A stretch of 51,010 nucleotides of DNA from an uncultured Candidatus Saccharibacteria bacterium (GTDB taxonomy: Bacteria; Patescibacteriota; Minisyncoccia; Phycocordibacterales; Zambryskibacteraceae). The notes under the pieces were generated by a model. The model saw only the letters and a list, made by a program, of their open reading frames with translations, had not been told where the DNA came from and searched no databases. The stretch lies in contig CAZRVE010000003.1 of the NCBI GenBank assembly GCA_964603485.1, positions 1 through 51,010 on the forward strand, given 5' to 3'. Shown one piece after another: positions 1 through 10,475 of this stretch. The position numbers were made by a program, and so were the translations under genes. How positions within the stretch are numbered: the stretch's first letter is position 1; the number at the start of each line of letters is the position of its first letter.

Positions 1-1652
1 CAACTTCAGGAACACAAAGTGTTTCTCCAACTGCAAACACAACGTATACACTTACCTGTACCGGAAGTGGGGGATCTCAAACGAAAAGTGTGACTGTTAA
101 TGTAGGAACGGTGACAAATCCTCAACCTACCGTCACCCTCTCCTCATCTCCAACATCAGTTACTGCAGGACAATCTGCAACACTTACTTGGTCATCAACA
201 AATGCAACAAGTTGCACCGCTTCCGGTGGATGGACGGGAAGTAAGGCTACATCGGGTACCGAAGTCGTGACCCCTTCCACAAACACCACTTACACCCTGA
301 CCTGTACAGGAGTTGGTGGCAGCGCGACGCAGAGTACCAGTGTTACAGTTGGAAGTACTACTTCTATACTTAGGATGAACTTTAAGGGTACACAATCCCT
401 AAACGTCTTTGCTGGATTTAATCTAATTGGTTCAATCTTTGGTGATAACGGTGCTTCAACTTCAAATGTCGATGTTACCGTACAAAATCCTATCCCTAAT
501 TCAACGTTTAAATGGGCGGAAGGAGATTGTTGTATCCAAAGCACCGGAGGTTACTATTTCTACAAAGGCAACGGTGATATTGCTTACAGAATTTCAACTT
601 CAGCAGCAACACCTCCAGGATCATATACGGTTATTTTGACAGCAAAAGATAGAGGAAACGGTGCAACTGCAACACTAAATATTCCGGTAACAGTCCTTCC
701 AGCTCCTCAACCACTAGCTACGCAAACTCCTGGCACACCTCCTGCTCTTTCTGCCATGACAAAATATGTTTCAGACATGAATAAATATGGATTGACTTAT
801 TGTAATTCAAGTATAAGTCCCGGGGTGGAATCTGGAGTGTGGTATTACGACGGAGAGCGCGTATACTACAATTTGTCTGATTACACTGGTGATCCAAGTT
901 GGGCAACTAATTGTGCACAATGGGTTGAGTCAATGTATCGCAACTACGTAATTACCAACAATGGATCAGTGCCTGGTTGGAGAAGATTTTCTAAGGGACT
1001 TAGGATGGACTTTGAACGTACTGGTGATGCGCAGTCTCAGTCCGCAGCTATTATGCTTGGAAAAGCGGCTTCATATCCACTAAAGTGGAACGTAGAACAA
1101 GAGTCTAGTCGAGAAATTGCTTACAGCATAAACGCAATGATAGATGCTGAGAAACTTGGAGCAGGTAGAAATCCAAAATTACAAGACATGGTGGATCTGG
1201 CTGTGGGTCATATGGACCAGTGGGTAATAGGCAAGAACGCTAATTATTTACCACCCTTTATGCTCGCTCTGACTTCGGAGGCTTTAATAGGTTGGTATGA
1301 CCTTACTGGAGACCCTCGAGTACCGGTTTTAGTCAAAACGGCAGCTGACTTCATGTGGAATACGCTTTGGGACGCTACCGCACAGGCTTTCCCTTATTAT
1401 GATCGTACTGTTACAGGTCAAGGAGGCAGGACCCCAGCTCCAGATCTTAACAACTTAGTTTCTCCTATTTATGGATGGCTCTATCATAAGACAGGAGATA
1501 TCTCATATGTAACCAAGGGAGACCAACTATTTACAGGTGGAGTTAATAAAGCATGGCTAGGAAACGGTAAACAGTTCAGTCAAAATTACCGTTGGAGTAT
1601 GAATTACTTGAAGTGGACAGGGAGAATACCGAATATAAATATTACTCCCTAA
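1..1652 (+). CDS. Large surface/secreted protein, 5'-truncated by the window: Ig-like Thr/Ser-rich repeats plus a C-terminal Trp/Tyr-rich helical domain (possible alpha/alpha-barrel glycan-active enzyme)
   Basis: The frame of ORF 90..1652 is open back to base 3 (TSGTQSVSPTANTTYTLTCTG...). It contains the repeat TLTWSSTNATSCTASGGWTG..TYTLTCTG shared with the next two genes. The C-terminal ~290 aa have recurring YxxTGD-type motifs; the enzyme role is inference. Confidence 0.75.
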   Translation, partial: TSGTQSVSPTANTTYTLTCTGSGGSQTKSVTVNVGTVTNPQPTVTLSSSPTSVTAGQSATLTWSSTNATSCTASGGWTGSKATSGTEVVTPSTNTTYTLTCTGVGGSATQSTSVTVGSTTSILRMNFKGTQSLNVFAGFNLIGSIFGDNGASTSNVDVTVQNPIPNSTFKWAEGDCCIQSTGGYYFYKGNGDIAYRISTSAATPPGSYTVILTAKDRGNGATATLNIPVTVLPAPQPLATQTPGTPPALSAMTKYVSDMNKYGLTYCNSSISPGVESGVWYYDGERVYYNLSDYTGDPSWATNCAQWVESMYRNYVITNNGSVPGWRRFSKGLRMDFERTGDAQSQSAAIMLGKAASYPLKWNVEQESSREIAYSINAMIDAEKLGAGRNPKLQDMVDLAVGHMDQWVIGKNANYLPPFMLALTSEALIGWYDLTGDPRVPVLVKTAADFMWNTLWDATAQAFPYYDRTVTGQGGRTPAPDLNNLVSPIYGWLYHKTGDISYVTKGDQLFTGGVNKAWLGNGKQFSQNYRWSMNYLKWTGRIPNINITP

Positions 1653-1686
1653 ATCGTAATGTACGCGGTTCAGTAACTGGTGTACT

Positions 1687-1722
1687 CAAACAAAAAATCT
1701 CCGAGAGGGGATTTTTTGTTTG
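1687..1722 (+). terminator. Intrinsic terminator
   Basis: caaacaaaaaatctcc-gaga-ggggattttttgtttg hairpin with T-tract, downstream of the stop at 1652. Confidence 0.8.
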
Positions 1723-1870
1723 TTAGGGGAGTATGCGTTGCGGGGCTTCCTTAACCCCCAGATTCTTAGCTACAATGGCAGAAAGGGTTCTGCCTATCCT
1801 TGAGAGGTATATAAATCCTCAGAATGGGTTACTATTAAGGATATCCATTATCGGACAATTTACGAGTGTT

Positions 1871-4800
1871 ATGAAAACTATAGTTACAAAATACGTTTGT
1901 GTCCTAGCTCTCATTGTTTCATTTTTAATACCTTCAACAGCTGGAGCCTATACTCAAGCAGATATAGATGCGATGTTTGGAACTGTCCAATCGCTTTTGG
2001 CACAGATTGCTCAACTTATTGCAGACAGAAGCAGTGTTGCTGAAGTTTCTACCGGAGCCTGCTCTATTTCAGTGTTTGCTTCAGGCAAATCATCGATTGC
2101 TTCCGGTTCGAGTACTGCTGTCTACTGGGAGGCCAGCTCCACATGTACTACAGGGAGGTTGAAGGGTGGAATATTTGGATCTGAAGGTCTCTCTGTAAGT
2201 CGTGTCGGAGAAAAAAATACAGGATCACTTACGAAGTCGACCACTTATACTCTTTCTTTTGGTACTGTGTCTAAATCTGTCACTGTTACGGTTGCGTCAA
2301 CTGGTGATCAGGCTCCGAAAGATTCTTCTCCAGTTCTTCCGACTATATCTCTCTCCGCATCTCCAACTTCAATCACTGCAGGACAATCTACAACACTCAC
2401 ATGGTCATCAACAAATGCAACATCATGTACTGCATCTAATGGTTGGACAGGAACTAAAACAACTTCAGGAACACAAAGCGTGTCTCCGGCAGTTGCAACT
2501 ACTTACTCACTCACGTGTACAGGAACAGGGGGAAGTGCAACGAAGAGTGTGGTTGTTCCTGTAACCATAACTACAACTCCAGTCCCAACCATCACCTTCT
2601 CCGCATCTCCAGCTTCAATCAGTGCAGGACAATCTGCAACTCTCACTTGGTCATCCTCTGATGCAACAAGCTGTACTGCATCAGGCGGTTGGTCTGGAAC
2701 AAAAACCACCTCTGGTTCTGAGTCGGTCTCTCCAACGTCAAACACGAATTACGCTCTTACTTGTACCGGCACGGGAGGAAGTGCTAATCAGAGCGCGGCT
2801 GTTTCGGTAACGACTGCCCCAGCTCCAACCGTAACTCTCTCCGCATCTCTAACTTCAATCACTGCAGGACAATCATCAACACTCACATGGTCATCAACCA
2901 ATGCAACCTCATGTACTGCATCTAATGGTTGGACAGGAACAAAGACAACCTCAGGAACACAAAGTGTGTCTCCGACTGCGACAACAACGTACACACTTAC
3001 TTGTGCTGGAAATGGGGGAAGTGCAACGAAGAGTGTGACTGTTTCAATTGGAACCGTGACCCTTCCGCCGACTCAGAAGTTTGCCGTAGGTGATACTGTG
3101 CAGACCACTGCAAACCTTAATGTGCGAGGAACCGCAGGAGGAACTCTTCTCGGACAACAGCCGCTTGGCGCTCTTGGAAAAGTACTTGCAGGGCCAGTAG
3201 CTGCGGGTGATGGCATTTGGTGGAACGTTGATTATGTGAACGCACCAGACGGATGGAGTTTTGAAGGATATCTTGTTAAATCAACCGTTACTCCACCACC
3301 AGGAAATACTCCAACCGTCACCCTATCCGCATCTCCAACTTCAATCACTGCAGGACAATCATCGACGCTCACATGGTCATCAACTAATGCAACAAGTTGC
3401 ACCGCATCTAATGGATGGACAGGAATAAAGACAACCTCAGGAACACAAAGTGTGTCTCCGGCAGTTGCAACTACTTACTCACTCACGTGTACAGGAACAG
3501 GGGGAAGCGCGAGTCAGTCGGTTAGTGTGAGTGTCTCTTCGTCAAATAATAAATTCATTATTGGAGACTCTGTACAAACTACAGCAAATCTTAATGTGCG
3601 AGGAACCCCAGCTGGAACTATTCTTGGCCAACAACCACTTCGTGCTCTCGGAAAAGTTATTGGTGGTCCAATGACTGTTCAATCTGCAAATGAATTAAGT
3701 ACATGGTGGAATATTGATTATGCTAATGCGCCTGACGGATGGAGCTTTGAGCCATACCTTATAAAGTCTACCGTAAGTCCGCCTCCAGGAACTCCAACCG
3801 TAAACCTTTCTGCAAACCCAACATCAGTTACGGCTGGTAGTACGTCAACCCTCGCCTGGTCATCAACAAATGCAACGTCATGTACCGCATCTAATGGTTG
3901 GACAGGAACTAAAACAACTTCAGGAACACAAAGTGTATCTCCGACTGCAACAACAACCTATACGCTTACCTGCACCGGAAGTGCTGGATCTGCAACACAA
4001 AGTGTGATTGTCAATGTGGGGACGGTGACAAATCCTCTGCCAACCGTAACCCTCTCTGCATCTCCAACTTCAATCACCGCAGGTCAATCTGCAACTCTCA
4101 CCTGGTCATCAACAAATGCAACATCATGTTCTGCATCAGGCGGATGGACAGGAGGAAAAGCAACTTCAGGAACACAAAGTGTTTCTCCAACTGCAAACAC
4201 AACGTATACACTTACTTGTGCTGGAAATGGGGGAAGTGTAACAAAGAACGTGGCGGTTAATATGAGTGCAGTAACTGGACCTGTAACACTTCCAATCCAG
4301 CCTTTGATTTTCCAGGTCCCAATGCCGACGCAGACTGGAAAGGTCTGGACGATTCCAGTTGGGGATTCTACCGCTTTTCAAAGTGCTCTTAATCAGGCTC
4401 AGCTTGGTGACACTATTGAATTAGTGGCGGGTTCAACTTACACAGGAAACTTCACCTTCCCAAAGAAAGCTACGGGTAGCGGATGGATTGTTGTGCGTAC
4501 CAATAAACACACAAGTCTACCACCCTCAGGAGTTAGAGTCGGTCCGTCCGATGCGGTAAATATGGCAAAGATTGTCTCAACCAATACGGGTAATACACTC
4601 AGTTTCCCTTCAGGGTCTCATCATTACAGGCTCATCGGTCTTGAGGTGACAAATGCAATATCAAATACCTCTTATATCCAGACTGCGATTGTTTCGATCG
4701 ATCCGGGTAGTTCTCTGAATAGCGTAGATCTCCCAAACAACATTACTTTGGATAGGGTGTACGTTCATTCTCAACCTACTACTGGAGTACAACGTTGTGT

Positions 4801-6115
4801 GCGTGTAGACGGTGCTTATGTTGCTGTCGTAGATAGTTACTTGGGTGAATGTCACGCAAAGGGTTTTGATAGCCAAGCAATTGCAGGATGGAATACAAAT
4901 GGTCCGATTAAGATTGTGAATAATATGCTTGAAGGCGCAGGGGAGAATGTGATGTTTGGCGGTGCGGACCCTACCGTTCAAGGTGCTATTCCTTCTGATA
5001 TTGAGATAAGAAACAATCACATCTATACGCCGACCACTTGGAAGGGAACTGGTGGAACTACATTGTGGACAAAGAAAAATCTATTCGAAATAAAGGCTGG
5101 CAAGAGGATTCTTGTTGAGGGGAATGTGTTTGACGGTTCTTGGAGCGACGGACAGGTTGGACATGCAATCTTGCTCAGATCCACTAATCAAGGCGGTAAG
5201 TGTGTGTGGTGTCAGACAACCGATTTTACGGCTCGTTACAACGTGGTAAGAAATGTTGGGGGTACTGGAAATATTTCTGGAAACGCTGGTTCAAGTAATG
5301 CTAATAAGATTGGGGGACTAACTTCAAGGGTTTTATTTGAACATAACTTATTCCAGAATATTAACGTCGCGCCGTATACGGGAGTTGGACGGTTGATTGA
5401 GCTTTACAACAATGCTCAGGACGTAACTTACAGAAATAATACGTGGGATCCGATGGGTGGGGCAATTCAGCACTACATAACTGGGGGGACGTCTCCGACC
5501 GCAACGAACTTCACTTACGTAGATAACATTGCACCGTTCGGTCAATATGGAGTGGTTCCGGGATATACTGAGGCAGCTCTCAAGGCGGTAGTGACAGGTG
5601 TATATAACTATTCTGGTAACGTGGTGTACACTAATCAGCCAAGTAACGCCTACTCAACCACTAAATACCCAACAACTCCGCTTTACTCGAATTACTCAAC
5701 CGCACTTTCTGCTGGTAAAGGAGCAAATATCCCAGCCGTACTTGCCGCAACAAAGAATGCGGTATCAGGAAATGGAATGGGTACCACTCCTCCACCTCTT
5801 TCAGTCAGTAACGGTCCAGTATTCGCTATTACGAATACCCCAGTAGTTCTTGGCGAAAGTGCGGTAGGTCTCGTGTTTAACAGGACTCTTATAAAGGGGA
5901 TGAAGGGTAATGATGTTACGGCACTCCAAGAAGTCTTGTCTAAACTCGGGTTCTTTACAGAGAGTATCTCAGGGTATTTTGGACCTGTGACTGAAAAGGC
6001 GGTTCAAGATTTACAGCTTCAGTATGGTATAGCAGCGAGTGGCACTCCAGAAACTACAGGATTTGGAGCAGTTGGTCCAAAGACTCAGCAAAAGCTTGTT
6101 GAGCTACAAAAGTAG
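1871..6115 (+). CDS. Large secreted surface protein: signal peptide, about 6 Ig-like repeats, 2 SH3b-like modules, right-handed beta-helix (pectin-lyase-like) domain, C-terminal peptidoglycan-binding domain
   Basis: Likely start ATG 1871 (MKTIVTKYVCVLALIVSFLIPSTAGA signal peptide). Repeats PTVTLSASPTSITAGQSSTLTWSSTNATSC...TYTLTC. SH3b-like VQTTANLNVRGT...WWNVDY..DGWS. Beta-helix-like motifs (GPIKIVNNMLEG, DIEIRNNH, ILVEGNVF). PG_binding_1-like LIKGMKGNDVTALQEVL...GYFGPVTEKAV..Q. Confidence 0.8.
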   Translation: MKTIVTKYVCVLALIVSFLIPSTAGAYTQADIDAMFGTVQSLLAQIAQLIADRSSVAEVSTGACSISVFASGKSSIASGSSTAVYWEASSTCTTGRLKGGIFGSEGLSVSRVGEKNTGSLTKSTTYTLSFGTVSKSVTVTVASTGDQAPKDSSPVLPTISLSASPTSITAGQSTTLTWSSTNATSCTASNGWTGTKTTSGTQSVSPAVATTYSLTCTGTGGSATKSVVVPVTITTTPVPTITFSASPASISAGQSATLTWSSSDATSCTASGGWSGTKTTSGSESVSPTSNTNYALTCTGTGGSANQSAAVSVTTAPAPTVTLSASLTSITAGQSSTLTWSSTNATSCTASNGWTGTKTTSGTQSVSPTATTTYTLTCAGNGGSATKSVTVSIGTVTLPPTQKFAVGDTVQTTANLNVRGTAGGTLLGQQPLGALGKVLAGPVAAGDGIWWNVDYVNAPDGWSFEGYLVKSTVTPPPGNTPTVTLSASPTSITAGQSSTLTWSSTNATSCTASNGWTGIKTTSGTQSVSPAVATTYSLTCTGTGGSASQSVSVSVSSSNNKFIIGDSVQTTANLNVRGTPAGTILGQQPLRALGKVIGGPMTVQSANELSTWWNIDYANAPDGWSFEPYLIKSTVSPPPGTPTVNLSANPTSVTAGSTSTLAWSSTNATSCTASNGWTGTKTTSGTQSVSPTATTTYTLTCTGSAGSATQSVIVNVGTVTNPLPTVTLSASPTSITAGQSATLTWSSTNATSCSASGGWTGGKATSGTQSVSPTANTTYTLTCAGNGGSVTKNVAVNMSAVTGPVTLPIQPLIFQVPMPTQTGKVWTIPVGDSTAFQSALNQAQLGDTIELVAGSTYTGNFTFPKKATGSGWIVVRTNKHTSLPPSGVRVGPSDAVNMAKIVSTNTGNTLSFPSGSHHYRLIGLEVTNAISNTSYIQTAIVSIDPGSSLNSVDLPNNITLDRVYVHSQPTTGVQRCVRVDGAYVAVVDSYLGECHAKGFDSQAIAGWNTNGPIKIVNNMLEGAGENVMFGGADPTVQGAIPSDIEIRNNHIYTPTTWKGTGGTTLWTKKNLFEIKAGKRILVEGNVFDGSWSDGQVGHAILLRSTNQGGKCVWCQTTDFTARYNVVRNVGGTGNISGNAGSSNANKIGGLTSRVLFEHNLFQNINVAPYTGVGRLIELYNNAQDVTYRNNTWDPMGGAIQHYITGGTSPTATNFTYVDNIAPFGQYGVVPGYTEAALKAVVTGVYNYSGNVVYTNQPSNAYSTTKYPTTPLYSNYSTALSAGKGANIPAVLAATKNAVSGNGMGTTPPPLSVSNGPVFAITNTPVVLGESAVGLVFNRTLIKGMKGNDVTALQEVLSKLGFFTESISGYFGPVTEKAVQDLQLQYGIAASGTPETTGFGAVGPKTQQKLVELQK

Positions 6116-6161
6116 GGGAGAAGGCCTATAAAGAGCCCGTCCTTTTAGGGCTATGCATTAA

Positions 6162-6190
6162 ACAAAATGACCCCCGAGGGGTTATTTTGT
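6162..6190 (+). terminator. Intrinsic terminator
   Basis: acaaaatgacccc-cga-ggggttattttgt hairpin. Confidence 0.75.
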
Positions 6191-6255
6191 GCTAAAATAA
6201 AGCGATTGCTTACAGTGGGGTTTTGGTACCAGATTAATCACTTAATTTTAAATTA

Positions 6256-9200
6256 ATGAAACAGGAAGGGTTAAGGAGAGTTGCAGTAATTGCAGTTCTT
6301 CTATTAGTGATATTTACGTCATTTGGAAAAATGAGTAAACAGTTGGGGACTTTTGTTGAAGTGGGAATGAATCTGGCTCTTACTTCTGGAGGGACGGCAC
6401 CTTCAACTCCAACACACCTAAAGGTTGTATCTGGAGCGTGTGGTGGACAGGTGAATCTTTCGTGGGAAAAAACTTCTGGAGCAACTTCCTATGAGATTTA
6501 CAGCATGCCAGGGGGCAAGAGGCCACCAGTAACCGTTAATTCATTTACTGACACAAATCTTACTCCTGGTGCAAGTTACGCATATCAAATTCGCGCTCTC
6601 AATGGCACTCTAGCTTCTGCATGGACCCTTCCTGCTGTTTCTGGAAATGCTTCAGCGGCTTGTCTACCAACTCAACCACCACCTCCACCACCACCAGCTC
6701 CCACGGTAACTATCTCCGCATCTCCTGCAGTAATCATTTCGGGTAACTCTTCCACCATCCTTTGGTCATCATCAGATGCTACTGGTTGTACCGCATCTGG
6801 CGCATGGTCTGGAACCAAGACAACCTCTGGATCTGAATCAGTTTCTCCATCTAGCTCGGGAACATATACACTTTCTTGCGCAGGAAGTGGTGGATCTACT
6901 AATCAATCAACTACGGTTACAGTAAATGCTCCACCTCCTCCTCCGCCACCTGCGGCAAAATTTGATATAGGTGACAAGGTTAAAACTACTTCAAAACTCA
7001 ATATTCGTTCAACTGCAGCGGGTTCTCGACTGGGACAGCAACCTCTGGGCGCCACTGGTGTTGTGGTTGGAGGCCCTACGATTAGTAAGGAGTCTCAAGT
7101 CTGGTGGAATGTTGATTACACAAATGCTCCTGATGGATGGGCAGTAGAGACCTATCTTGAGGAAGTAATTTCTGCTCCACCTCCACCACCACCAGCTCCC
7201 ATGGTAACTATTTCTGCGTCACCTGTAACTATTATTACAGGTGATACTGCAACCCTCACATGGAGCTCAACTAATGCAACAAGTTGTACTGCTTCCGGTG
7301 GGTGGTCTGGAACAAAAACAATCTCAGGGTCTGAATCAGTTTCTCCAACTGCAAATACAACTTACACTCTGTCGTGTTCTGGGACGGGAGGAAGTGTGAA
7401 TGGTGCAGCTACTGTTACAGTAACAACACCTCCTGCTTCAACGAAATTTAAGACAGGAGATTCTATCCAGACAAATTCAGGCCTTAATGTTCGATCGGGC
7501 GCAAATGGAACCCTAATTGGCACACAACTGACAAGTGCTCTGGGTACCGTGGTTGGAGGTCCAACGTACGGAGGAGGTTTTCATTGGTGGAATATTGATT
7601 ACACTGCTACTCCTGATGGATGGAGTGTTGAAGATTTCTTAGATAAGTACACACCACCACCAGTTCAGCCAACACTTACTCTTTCTGCAAATCCAATTTC
7701 AATTACTTCAGGTCAGTCTGCAACACTCACATGGAGCTCAACTAACGCAACGTCATGCACTGCGTCAGGCGGATGGGCGGGGACGAAGGCAGTTTCTGGA
7801 ACACAAAGTGTGACTCCGACAGTAAGCACAACCTATAGTCTTTCGTGTACTGGCGTAAATGGTACTGTGTCCCAGAATGTAACTGTTACAGTTGGAACTA
7901 GTACGCAGCCGAGTGTCTCAATCAGCGCATCTCCTACTGTGGTTACTCCAGGTTCTTCAGCTACGATTACTTGGTCATCAGTAAATACGACTTCATGTAA
8001 TGCAAGTGGTGCGTGGACAGGAGTAAAGGCAACTTCAGGAACTCAGGTAGTGAATCCTACGGGAACTAATCCTAGATACATGCTTGATTGTACCGGGCCA
8101 AATGGTACGTCATATAGAGCAGTAACTGTATCTGTATCTAATACGGGTTCACCTATTGTTGAGTTGCCTCGAAGCGTGCCTACATATCCTTCTAATCTTG
8201 ATACTCTGCCTTGTACTGTGAATGTGCCAGTAGGAGGGTTGCAGCAGGCTATCACTGCAGCAAAGGGAAATGCGGTATTGTGTCTTGCTCCAGGCTCAGT
8301 TCATACTGGACGCTTTATTTTTCCAGCAAGGTCTTCAACTGACACTTCTGGCTGGATAGTCTTGAGGACTGACCCTTCGGTTCCTCTTCCTTCAGGTCGT
8401 ATGACCCCAACGCTTGCTGCTCCTTTAGCAAAAATCATAACTCCTAACACTTTGACGGCAATGGAGTTCGCTTCAAGGTCAGCGAGAGTCATGGTGCTTG
8501 GGGTAGAGATAACCAGCGATTCAACTGACGTTACTGGCCCTACTAATCTCGTAATAATAAGTAATCTTAATGAGAAGGTTGCAAGCGATCTTCCTTCTGA
8601 CATTGTCTTTGATCGAACTTATGTACACGGCTGGCCTGGACAACACTTCCGCCGTGCTTGGTTTGCAAGTGGTAAATCGCTAACCTTCATTAGAAACTGG
8701 TGTGAAGAAATTCACATGTACCTGGCGGACTCACAATGTATTCTATTTGCTACTACCCCAGGACCTGCACTTGTGGAAAATAACCATTTGAGCGCCGCTT
8801 CGGAGAACATTATGTTTGGAGGAGCAGATCCTACTGTGCCAGGAACTATAAATTCTGATATTACAGTAAGACGTAACCACATCTATAAGCCTGATAGTTG
8901 GATGGGTAAGGGTTGGAACATTAAAAACCTTATAGAAAGTAAAAATTCACAACGTGTGTTAGTGGAAGAGAATGTGTTTAGTGGTAACTGGTATGACAAT
9001 CCAGGAGGAGCTCCGGGTCATGCGGCTGTCGTTTTGAAATCGACAAATCAAGGTGGATCGTGTGAAACTTGTCAAACATCTGATTGGACAGTTCGCAGAA
9101 ATAGGTTTGAGAGGATTGGGGTATGGTTGTCTATCGCAGGAAGAGCGGATGATACTCCTCGCACAAATGAAACGTATTCTACAAATGAACGTTTCGTGTT

Positions 9201-9642
9201 TACAGAGAACTGGTCTGATGCAGTAGCGGTGGCTCCTTATACGAATCAAAACAGGCCAAATATGATATTCACAGCTGAGAACTGGGATGTCACAATTGAC
9301 CGGAATACGATTGCAGGAGCTGGTGCTCTTGAGTCGGCGTTACTTTTTGACCTCAGTGGAGCTTATAAGACTCCGGTCTACAATTTGAAATTTACTAACA
9401 ACGTTATTCCTAAGGGTAGGTATGGTCTTGGTGCCACAAGCTCTGGTGAAGGATTAGTTGCATGGCTTAAGGGAGCTCTTGGTAACTCTGTGTGGACCAA
9501 TAATGCAATCATCGGAAGCTCCTCTGCTACATATCCTGCTGGTACAACTTGGCACTCAAGCGCTTCAAGCGCTCTGGGTGTAGCGGGGGTTTCTAAGGCT
9601 ACGGTGGATGCAGGTGTGGCGAGCGTGGTGGTTACCCCTTAG
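6256..9642 (+). CDS. Large surface protein: N-terminal membrane anchor/signal, FN3 domain, 4 Ig-like repeats, 2 SH3b-like modules, poly-Pro linkers, beta-helix domain paralogous to that of the upstream gene
   Basis: FN3-like PSTPTHLKV..VNLSW..GATSYEIY..FTDTNLTPGASYAYQIRA. Same Ig-like and SH3b-like modules as 1871..6115. Shared motif ENIMFGGADP..DITVRRNHIY..KNLIE.K..RVLVEENVF. Confidence 0.8.
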   Translation: MKQEGLRRVAVIAVLLLVIFTSFGKMSKQLGTFVEVGMNLALTSGGTAPSTPTHLKVVSGACGGQVNLSWEKTSGATSYEIYSMPGGKRPPVTVNSFTDTNLTPGASYAYQIRALNGTLASAWTLPAVSGNASAACLPTQPPPPPPPAPTVTISASPAVIISGNSSTILWSSSDATGCTASGAWSGTKTTSGSESVSPSSSGTYTLSCAGSGGSTNQSTTVTVNAPPPPPPPAAKFDIGDKVKTTSKLNIRSTAAGSRLGQQPLGATGVVVGGPTISKESQVWWNVDYTNAPDGWAVETYLEEVISAPPPPPPAPMVTISASPVTIITGDTATLTWSSTNATSCTASGGWSGTKTISGSESVSPTANTTYTLSCSGTGGSVNGAATVTVTTPPASTKFKTGDSIQTNSGLNVRSGANGTLIGTQLTSALGTVVGGPTYGGGFHWWNIDYTATPDGWSVEDFLDKYTPPPVQPTLTLSANPISITSGQSATLTWSSTNATSCTASGGWAGTKAVSGTQSVTPTVSTTYSLSCTGVNGTVSQNVTVTVGTSTQPSVSISASPTVVTPGSSATITWSSVNTTSCNASGAWTGVKATSGTQVVNPTGTNPRYMLDCTGPNGTSYRAVTVSVSNTGSPIVELPRSVPTYPSNLDTLPCTVNVPVGGLQQAITAAKGNAVLCLAPGSVHTGRFIFPARSSTDTSGWIVLRTDPSVPLPSGRMTPTLAAPLAKIITPNTLTAMEFASRSARVMVLGVEITSDSTDVTGPTNLVIISNLNEKVASDLPSDIVFDRTYVHGWPGQHFRRAWFASGKSLTFIRNWCEEIHMYLADSQCILFATTPGPALVENNHLSAASENIMFGGADPTVPGTINSDITVRRNHIYKPDSWMGKGWNIKNLIESKNSQRVLVEENVFSGNWYDNPGGAPGHAAVVLKSTNQGGSCETCQTSDWTVRRNRFERIGVWLSIAGRADDTPRTNETYSTNERFVFTENWSDAVAVAPYTNQNRPNMIFTAENWDVTIDRNTIAGAGALESALLFDLSGAYKTPVYNLKFTNNVIPKGRYGLGATSSGEGLVAWLKGALGNSVWTNNAIIGSSSATYPAGTTWHSSASSALGVAGVSKATVDAGVASVVVTP

Positions 9643-9661
9643 TGTTAATCTTAAAAGGATT

Positions 9662-10186
9662 GTGAAAAAGATAATTCTCGCTCTTGTAGTCATAGTGTCT
9701 CTCTTTCTAATCGGGACGTTGTTTGTAAGACAACCTGCTTTAGAGCCTTTGAACTTTGACGATTGTGTGGAAAAAGGTTTTCCGGTAATGGAGTCTTACC
9801 CACGACAGTGCGCATCAAAGAATAAAACTTTTGTTGAGGATATTGGAAATGCTTCACAGAAGATTGATCTTATTGTCCTCGAAAGCCCAAGACCGAATAG
9901 TCGAGTAGGGGATACAATCACGCTCTCTGGTATTGCTCGAGGATATTGGTTTTTTGAAGCGACTTTTCCTATTGATGTTCTCGATGCAAATAACAAAGTT
10001 ATCGGGCAGGGATATGGGGAGGCAAAAGGTGAGTGGATGACAGAAAACTTCGTACCGTTTGGAGCAACTGTTACTTTGAAAGAAAAGCCACAAACCAAGA
10101 AAGGAACTCTAGTTCTCCGAAAAGATAACCCATCTGGCGATCCAATAAGAGATGACTCCCTTATTGTGCCTATATCTTTTGAGTGA
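9662..10186 (+). CDS. Membrane-anchored Gmad2 (spore-germination Ig-like) domain protein
   Basis: GTG start 9662, then a TM helix; FDDCVEKGFPVMESYPRQC motif; GIARGYWFFEATFPI...WMTENFVPF...KDNPSG typical of this family. Confidence 0.75.
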   Translation: MKKIILALVVIVSLFLIGTLFVRQPALEPLNFDDCVEKGFPVMESYPRQCASKNKTFVEDIGNASQKIDLIVLESPRPNSRVGDTITLSGIARGYWFFEATFPIDVLDANNKVIGQGYGEAKGEWMTENFVPFGATVTLKEKPQTKKGTLVLRKDNPSGDPIRDDSLIVPISFE

Positions 10187-10213
10187 GGGACTTTCAGTGG
10201 TACAATAGCTCCG

Positions 10214-10474
10214 ATGGAGTTACTTAAGTCAGACATATTTTTTGTCGTTACAAGTATTTCGGTAGTAGCAGTCACCCTGCTTCTTTGTGTTGCGCTTATT
10301 CATCTTATTGGAATATTGCGTGACGCGCGGAAGCTGTCCTCGAAAGCACGTCTTGAAGGTGAAGCTATTATCGAAGATGTCGGTGCTATTCGAGAGAAAA
10401 CTAAGGAGGGTATATTTTCTTTTCTCAAAAAGATCACCGACCAGGTAAAATCATCAAAGGCTAAGAGAAAATAA
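10214..10474 (+). CDS. Small single-TM hypothetical protein
   Basis: 86 aa ORF with N-terminal hydrophobic helix and coiled-coil/basic tail; TG-N-TACAAT 7 nt upstream of the ATG. Confidence 0.7.
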   Translation: MELLKSDIFFVVTSISVVAVTLLLCVALIHLIGILRDARKLSSKARLEGEAIIEDVGAIREKTKEGIFSFLKKITDQVKSSKAKRK

Positions 10475-10475
10475 T

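Noticed and set aside
1733-1870. N-terminal 46 aa of the 1460 aa ORF
   Set aside because: The signal peptide begins at ATG 1871; the upstream stretch looks like intergenic/promoter DNA.
1-9642. Diversity-generating retroelement acting on the repeated modules
   Set aside because: No reverse transcriptase in the window, and differences between repeats are mostly synonymous and not adenine-specific.
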